A DNA stretch of 32,000 bases, taken from Sinorhizobium meliloti. Its GTDB lineage: Bacteria > Pseudomonadota > Alphaproteobacteria > Rhizobiales > Rhizobiaceae. The DNA lies in assembly GCF_017876815.1 (NCBI RefSeq), contig NZ_JAGIOS010000003.1, forward strand, positions 1,320,001-1,352,000. The letters are read 5' to 3'. The position numbers and the translations under genes are program-made. Shown one piece after another: positions 26,189 to 32,000 of the stretch (its first letter is position 1; each line of letters starts with the position of its first letter). Below the pieces are notes generated by a model. That model was given only the letters and a program-made list of their open reading frames with translations, was not told the DNA's origin and did not search any database.

Positions 26189-26827
26189 TTGGGGCGCCGG
26201 GCTTTGAGGCTGCAACCTCCGATCTCGCTCTTCGAGAATATCAGCTCCCCGGCCTTCATTCCCGCCGAAAATATGCCAGAATGGATAAAGGCGACCTTCC
26301 TCAATCCTTCGCTCACCCTCCACAACGAGCAGCACGCTCACCTTGCATATGCCGAGATCGGCTTTCTCTGGACCGTAGTCGAGAACAGCCGCAAAGGCCG
26401 CCGCATCATCGGCGACTGCGAGGAGGGAAAACCTCAGGGCGCCATGGGCAAATGGCCCCGCGCCCGAGCAGAGATGCAGGTAAGGCAGTGGTTCGGCTTC
26501 GTCCCGGATTTCATCATCACGCTCGATGCCGAATACTGCCGGGCATGTGGCGATGCAGAATTCATGGCGCTCGTCGAGCACGAGCTCTACCACGCCGCCC
26601 AAGAGACGGATGCATTCGGTGCTCCGAAGTTCGGCCGGTCGACAGGGCGCCCCGTCTTCACTATCCGCGGACATGACGTGGAAGAGTTCGTCGGCGTTGT
26701 TCGGCGCTATGGCGCAGATGCAGCTGGTGTCCGCGCGATCGTAGATGCCGCTAACCGCCCGCCAGAGATAGCCCTGGCTAAGATTATTGCCCACGCTTGC
26801 GGCACATGCCAGCTCAGGGTCGCCTGA
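26189..26827 (+). CDS. Putative zinc metallopeptidase (HExxH), phage/ICE-type accessory protein
   Basis: FMALVEHELYHAAQETDAFGAPKF contains HExxH. The frame is coding-like, whereas the overlapping reverse ORF 26129..26794 is not. The start may be ATG 26273 (MPEWIKATFLN). Confidence 0.6.
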   Translation: MGRRALRLQPPISLFENISSPAFIPAENMPEWIKATFLNPSLTLHNEQHAHLAYAEIGFLWTVVENSRKGRRIIGDCEEGKPQGAMGKWPRARAEMQVRQWFGFVPDFIITLDAEYCRACGDAEFMALVEHELYHAAQETDAFGAPKFGRSTGRPVFTIRGHDVEEFVGVVRRYGADAAGVRAIVDAANRPPEIALAKIIAHACGTCQLRVA

Positions 26828-27073
26828 TCAACTCTCGACGATGAGGCCCTGTTGCATCAAGTCCGTAACATTCACTGAGCTGGCATTGAGAGCTTTATCA
26901 GCATCAACATATTTGTCAGCGGTCAGGCACAAAAATACGGCCTGCGCCCTGCCGCCTTCAGCTTTCACATCTGGCTGATCAATCGTCACGCCCTGATACG
27001 TGCCTTGAGGTATGGCGTGACCGCGGATCTCGCAATCTCCGAGAGCTTCAAGGTTGATCAGGTGTTTAGCCAT
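26828..27073 (-). CDS. hypothetical protein (81 aa)
   Basis: MAKHLINLEALGDCEIRGHAIPQGTYQGVTIDQPDVKAEGGRAQAVFLCLTADKYVDADKALNASSVNVTDLMQQGLIVES. Its stop abuts the convergent metallopeptidase stop (tgatca). Confidence 0.45.
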   Translation of the reverse strand: MAKHLINLEALGDCEIRGHAIPQGTYQGVTIDQPDVKAEGGRAQAVFLCLTADKYVDADKALNASSVNVTDLMQQGLIVES

Positions 27074-27382
27074 GCAGATGCGCGGATAGTAGAACAAAGC
27101 CCTGGTTAGGTTTTGTCAAGCGTAACATGTTTCTGGTGATGGCGCTGACGAGATATGGTGAAGGCTTTACCGGAAGTACCGCCTCTGCCCTGGCATAGGA
27201 TGAACATCGTGGGCGGCCATCGGATCAAGCAGGTCGGCGATCGCGGCTCCGCGGCAGGAGCCTACGCCTTCGACGAGGTCGCATTGGAGCTGTGATGACA
27301 TACGAAGCCGTGACGCTATCCGTCGCCAAAATCCGGTATAGTGTGTCCTGCCTCTCACGGGCCAATCCAGAAATGATACGAG

Positions 27383-27600
27383 CTATACCTCGTCGCTTAG
27401 GCGTCCCAACGGCTTTGAGCAGCAGGCGAGGATATAGCCGTCCTCGACATCCTCATCGGTGATGCCGCCATTGTGCACCATATGAACCGGGCCCCTCGGT
27501 CTTGCGGAAGTTGCAGGTGCCGCAGATCCCCATTGCACAGCAAGAGGGATGACGGCCTGCACCTAACAAGACAACTGAGGCCGGGCACATTGCGATCACA
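27383..27600 (-). pseudogene. Relic of a plant-type 2Fe-2S ferredoxin domain (C-terminus of a reductase-type protein), frameshifted and truncated
   Basis: Reverse strand: SCCAMGICGTCNFRKTEGP (C-x4-C-x2-C), then after a 1-nt frameshift VHMVHNGGITDEDVEDGYILACCSKPLGRLSDEV-stop. Confidence 0.6.
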
Positions 27601-27926
27601 GCAATCATCTCGCTCGGCTCAGGTCGCTATCAGCAGGAAATCTCGTCGACGAATTCAAAACGACGGTTTTGAATGCTCGAACACTCTGAGGACTGTCGGC
27701 AGGTCCTGAGCAAAAAGGCCGTTCACGAGCTCTGCCATGTGGTCGAGGATGTCCCCGCGCCAGCATGGTCTCCATCGTTCGTGTCCCAATCTCTTTCTTG
27801 TCAATCAACCGCCGCGATTCCCGGCATGTATCACGTCAAATCCATCAGAGGCTGCCTCAAAAAGAATTGAGTGATTTCAGCCAGTTGTGATTCCGTCGGA
27901 TTTGCAAAGATTTGATGGAGATCACG

Positions 27927-28790
27927 ATGGCCTGGACTGAAACCACCCGGCGCAATTATGTCCGGCGGACGAGCGGATATGCAAGCGATGTCACGGATCG
28001 CGAATGGGATTTTGTTGCACCGTTCATGCCTGCGCCACGGCGTCTGGGTCGTCCGCGCAAGACTGAATTGCGCGATGTTTTAAACGCCCTTCTCTATATC
28101 GCTTCGACAGGCTGCCAGTAGCGGATGCTGCCGAAGGACTTTCCGCCCTGTTCGACGGTGCAGCGATATTTCTATGAATGGCGGGCAATGGGTCTTTGGC
28201 CACGGATCAACCATCACCTCGTCATGGAGGCGCGGGAATTGGAGGGGAAAGAAGCCTCGCCGACAGCGGGCGCGATCGACAGCCAAAGCGTTAAAACGAC
28301 GGAAAGCGGCGGTATTCGTGGCTTTGATGCAGGCAAGAAGATTAAGGGCCGCAAGCGCCACATCATTGTCGACACGCTCGGGCTGATGGTCGGCCTCATG
28401 GTGCACAGCGCCGATATTCAGGATCGCGACGGCGCTCCCGATCTCCTGAAATCCATCAAAAACCGGTGGCCGTGGTTGCTTCATGTCTTCGCTGATGGCG
28501 GCTATGCGGGCGACAAGCTCAAAAAGCGGCTGCAGAAAATCGGGAAATGGACACTCGAAATCATCAAACGTTCCGACAAGGCCAAAGGTTTTGAAATCCT
28601 GCCGCGCCGCTGGGTTCGTCGAGCGGACCTTCGCCTGGCTGGGTCGATGCCGCAGACTGGCCAAGGACTTCGAAAAATCCGTCGCTTCAAGCAGAAGCGT
28701 GGATCACCATCGCCCACATCGGCATGCTCACCAGACGCCTTGCAAGATATGGATATCGTTGAAACCTTTTCGAGTCCGACTCTTAGTTGA
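27927..28790 (+). pseudogene. IS5-family transposase pseudogene (in-frame TGG to TAG plus two frameshifts)
   Basis: MAWTETTRRNYVRRTSGYASDVTDREWDFVAPFMP...LLYIASTGCQ-TAG(28119-28121)-RMLPKDFPPCSTVQRYFYEWR...IDSQSVKTTE...FADGGYAGDKL. The tail ERTFAWLGRCRRLAKDFEKSVASS and ITIAHIGMLTRRLA lie in other frames. Element ends roughly 27850 and 28795. Confidence 0.85.
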
Positions 28791-29019
28791 GACAATAAAA
28801 CAGGAGAATATTTTTAAATATATTTTTCGTACGTTTCCGGATCTTGACGATATATAGAAGACGTATTGTCGCACTATCAAATAACAGAATATTTTCTTAA
28901 ATACATCTCTGCTCCTCTTGCCTTAAACAAGTACTACTAGTAGAGCTTCGTCTTACGTCATTCGCTGCCCAGCGCATGCCGGTCCCGCCCTTCCATCGCT
29001 TAGAGAGTGAAGTGCCACC

Positions 29020-30222
29020 ATGTCCGAACAACCCTTACCGATGCTGCCGATGTGGCGCGTCGATCACATCGAGCCCTCGCCCGAGATGTTGGCGCTACGC
29101 GTCAAAGGTCCGATCCACCGCGTGCGCTTCCCGTCCGGGGACGAAGGCTGGTGGGTGACAGGCTACGACGAGGCCAAGGCGGTACTGTCCGACGCGGCGT
29201 TCCGGCCCTCGGGAATGCCGCCAGCGGCAGTCACCTCGGCTACGGTGATTCTCGGTTCGCCGGGGTGGCTGGGCTCGCACGAGGGGAGCGAGCATGCCAG
29301 GCTACGCACGATCGTGGCGCCGGCCTTCAGCAGCGGCAGGGTGAAGCTGCTCGCGCAGCAGGTCGAGGCGATCGCAGCGGAGTTGTTCGAGACGCTGGCG
29401 GCCCAGCCGCAGCCCGCCGACCTGCGCCGCCACCTCTCCTTTCCGCTTCCGGCCATGGTCATCAGCGCGCTGATGGGCGTGCTCTATGAGGATCACGCCT
29501 TTTTCGCCGGGCTGTCCGACAAGGTGATGACGCACCAGCATGAAAGCGGCCCGCGCAGCGCGGCGCGCCTGGCCTGGGAAGAATTGCGCGCCTACATTCG
29601 CGGCAAGATGCGAGACAAGCGCCAGGATCCGGGCGACAACCTGCTGACGGATCTACTCGCGGCGGTCGACCAGGGCAAGGCGACCGAGGAAGAGGCGATC
29701 GGCCTGGCGGCTGGCATGCTGGTGGCCGGCCACGAGACCACTGTCGCGCAGATCGAATTCGGCCTACTGGCCATGTTCCGCCATCCGCAACAGCGCGAAC
29801 GCCTGGTCGGCGATCCATCTCTGGTGGACAAGGCGGTGGAGGAAATCCTGCGCATGTACCCGCCGGGCGCGGGCTGGGACGGCATCATGCGCTATCCGAG
29901 GACCGACGTGACCATCGCGGGCGTACATATTCCCGCAGAGAGCAAGGTGCTTGTCGGTCTGCCGGCGACATCGTTCGATCCGCGCCATTTTGACGACCCG
30001 GAAATCTTCGACGTCGGACGCGAGGAAAAGCCGCATCTGGCCTTCTCCTACGGCCCGCACTACTGCATCGGCGTGGAGCTGGCCAGGCTGGAACTCAGGG
30101 TGGTGTTCGGTTCTATCTTCCAGCGATTTCCCGCGCTGCGCCTGGCCGTGGCACCCGAAGAACTGAAGCTGCGCAAGGCGATCATCACGGGCGGGTTCGA
30201 AGCGTTCCCGGTGCTCTGGTGA
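29020..30222 (+). CDS. Cytochrome P450 monooxygenase (400 aa), apparently intact
   Basis: I-helix [16 protein letters not shown] (ExxR), heme loop [15 protein letters not shown]. Confidence 0.9.
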   Translation: MSEQPLPMLPMWRVDHIEPSPEMLALRVKGPIHRVRFPSGDEGWWVTGYDEAKAVLSDAAFRPSGMPPAAVTSATVILGSPGWLGSHEGSEHARLRTIVAPAFSSGRVKLLAQQVEAIAAELFETLAAQPQPADLRRHLSFPLPAMVISALMGVLYEDHAFFAGLSDKVMTHQHESGPRSAARLAWEELRAYIRGKMRDKRQDPGDNLLTDLLAAVDQGKATEEEAIGLAAGMLVAGHETTVAQIEFGLLAMFRHPQQRERLVGDPSLVDKAVEEILRMYPPGAGWDGIMRYPRTDVTIAGVHIPAESKVLVGLPATSFDPRHFDDPEIFDVGREEKPHLAFSYGPHYCIGVELARLELRVVFGSIFQRFPALRLAVAPEELKLRKAIITGGFEAFPVLW

Positions 30223-30316
30223 TGCGCGGACGCCGCCGCGCATCGCGATCTTTTCCGCAATTTGCCGGGGCGCCTGGCGCGCACCGCCCGGATCAGCCAG
30301 CCAAGAGGTAATCAAG

Positions 30317-31050
30317 ATGGACGTGCCAGAAACCACGGCAGCATGCCGGGACGCCTTCGCCGAAATGGCTTCGCCAACCTGCATCCACGACCCGTATCCG
30401 TTCATGCGGTGGTTGCGCGAGCATGATCCGGTGCATCGCGCGGAGTCGGGGCTCTTTCTGTTGAGCCGCCACGCCGACATCCACTGGGCGCTCAAGGCGC
30501 ATACGCGTCTGCGTCGGCTGATCTCGCGCGATTTCACCAGGCGCCAGATCGACAACCTGCGGCCGAGCATCGCGCGCATCGTCGCAGCGCGCCTGGACGG
30601 CATGGCGTCCACGCTGGAGCGCGGGGAGGTGGTGGACCTGCATCGGGAATTCGCGCTGGCCTTGCCCATGCTGGTCTTCGCCTGCCCCAGGACGACATGT
30701 TCGGGCTCGCCGCCGGCATCGGCGCGATTCTCGAAGGCCTAAGCCCGCACGCCAGCGATCCCCAGCTCGCCGCGGCGGACGCGGCCAGCGCCAGGGTGCA
30801 GGCCTACTTCGGCGACCTCATACAGCGCAAGCGCACCGATCCGTGCCACGACATCGTATCGATGCTGGTAGGCGCACACGACGACGATGCCGACACGCTG
30901 TCGGATGCGGAGTTGATCAGCATGCTATGGGGCATGCTGCTGGGCGGCTTCGCCACCACTGCTGCGACCATCGACCACGCGGTCCTTGCGATGCTGGCGT
31001 ATCCCGAACAGCGGCACTGGCTACAGGGAGACGCCGTGGGCGCGTCCGAA
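30317..31050 (+). pseudogene. Second cytochrome P450, decayed (internal deletion, frameshift near 30690, truncated before ExxR/heme loop)
   Basis: [17 protein letters not shown]...[11 protein letters not shown] joins directly to [22 protein letters not shown] (the usual intervening segment is missing). It continues in another frame as [13 protein letters not shown]...[30 protein letters not shown]. No Cys heme ligand region follows. Confidence 0.75.
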
Positions 31051-31587
31051 CGGGCCCGCAACAATTCGGGCCAATCCTATCGGTTACGGGGCCTTCATGG
31101 ACCCCCATTTTGCCGTCGTAAACCGTTACCGCGTTTACCTAAAGTGACATTGGTAGCGCGGGCGAGGACTGCGTCCCTCTGCTTTTCTGCTTCAGTCAGC
31201 ATAGCTACAAAGGCTGTCGCCTTCAGGGGGCGAACGGGAGCCGGGAGCTTCTGAAGAATTTTCGAATCTTCTGGCTAGCGGATTTTGCATCCGAAAGCAT
31301 TGTAAGCACCGACTCGGCGCAATCAGTAGTTTTACAGGGGTGTGCGAGACACCGCTTTGCGCTATATAGTTTGCGAGGCTGAAACGTAATGCACCTGTAA
31401 CCATCGGATGACCCTCTGGTTCTGATGGGTAACTTCTCATTGGTGAGAAGATTGGATCGGACAACTTCCTTCTATAAACATACGGAGATGAAGTGATCTT
31501 CAGACCTCAAGCTGAGGGCCTGTGTGTGTATCACTAACGTCATAGACAATACCCGCTGTCTCGCTCTTGCTCGTTTGGGAGGTTTGA

Positions 31588-32000
31588 TTGTTTGTATCTC
31601 ACAAAATTGCGCTCTTCGGTGTGGCGAGCGTTCTTTCGGCCGCCCATGTGCTATCGGCTGTTGCTCAAGAGGCCCGGACTGTGAGTAACCCACCAACCTA
31701 CATATTGGAGCCGATCACGAAATCGCGGGCGAAGCTGGAAACCTTCGCGCAGAACCGGGCGACCTTCCCGGGCGAGGTTCTGCTTGATATGAACGTCACA
31801 TACCTCGACCGTCAGGTCTACAATCCGGCCACCGCGCGATATGACCGAGTGAGGCTCCGCGGCTATCAGGACGCCCGCCAAGCCCGCCCATCCGGTGCCG
31901 ACACGCCGCTGGTCGGGCCGACGATCGATGTGCGCCCAGGTGAGACGGTGCGGACAACACTGAACAACATGCTCCCTCAGGATTCGACCTGCGGCATCGG
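31588..32000 (+). CDS. Multicopper oxidase, N-terminal part (runs off right edge)
   Basis: Absent from the track (no stop). TTG 31588 lies 5 nt after GGGAGG. Signal-like FVSHKIALFGVASVLSAAHVLSAVAQE, then LDMNVTYLDRQVYNPATARYDRVRLRGYQDA....LVGPTIDVRPGETVRTTLNNML, typical of cupredoxin domain 1. Confidence 0.7.
   Translation, partial: MFVSHKIALFGVASVLSAAHVLSAVAQEARTVSNPPTYILEPITKSRAKLETFAQNRATFPGEVLLDMNVTYLDRQVYNPATARYDRVRLRGYQDARQARPSGADTPLVGPTIDVRPGETVRTTLNNMLPQDSTCGI

Noticed and set aside
28796-29019. nod box or NifA UAS / -24/-12 promoter in the AT-rich region before the P450
   Set aside because: No ATC-N9-GAT nod-box modules, no TGT-N10-ACA with correct spacing and no TGGCAC-N5-TTGC were found.
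29020-31050. Rhizobial gibberellin operon (cyp112-cyp114-fd-sdr-cyp117-ggps-cps-ks)
   Set aside because: Two adjacent P450s on a rhizobial accessory replicon are suggestive. But there is no ferredoxin, SDR or terpene synthase downstream, I found no NifA/sigma-54 promoter, and I cannot verify CYP family membership by eye.

Overview
GC-rich, Rhizobiaceae-like accessory DNA. GroEL/GroES look rhizobial, and there is debris from four IS families (IS3, IS110, IS630, IS5), many frameshifted genes and a tRNA-like relic, so this is probably a plasmid or island segment. The centrepiece, about 2196-16735, is a RiPP biosynthetic gene cluster that I do not recognise as a described family. It starts with three tandem, peptide-identical copies of a 77-aa Nif11-type leader precursor with a predicted 9-aa core, TIMAAALVK. 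A translationally coupled YcaO-TfuA-YcaO block (backbone thioamidation machinery) follows. Next come a PhyH-type Fe(II)/2OG dioxygenase, a Rossmann oxidoreductase, a ThiS/MoaD-like sulfur carrier ending in GG, and an N-terminal-rhodanese ThiF/MoeB E1 fusion. A SAM methyltransferase closes that operon. After about 1 kb of decayed DNA there is a divergent pair: a 973-aa LanM-like class II lanthipeptide synthetase whose cyclase motifs are degenerate, and a cytoplasmic papain-family (C1) cysteine protease. The core resembles the thioamidated segment of actinomycete thioamitide cores as I recall them, and it contains no Cys. I therefore predict a short linear polythioamidated peptide with a dehydrated or oxidised N-terminal Thr, made with a dedicated protein-thiocarboxylate sulfur supply. 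The rest of the window holds two tandem paralogous unknown genes at the left edge, an IS3 remnant abutting the precursor array, and IS110 relics. It also holds a frameshifted SNase-like nuclease, a groESL operon with CIRCE operator and terminator, an IS630 element, and an ACP homologue whose phosphopantetheine Ser is replaced by Phe. Further right are a GNAT pseudogene, convergent small-gene duplicates, an HExxH metallopeptidase, a 2Fe-2S ferredoxin relic and an IS5 transposase pseudogene. The right end has one intact and one decayed cytochrome P450 and the 5' part of a multicopper oxidase. All family calls rest on motifs read by eye; no database search was possible.
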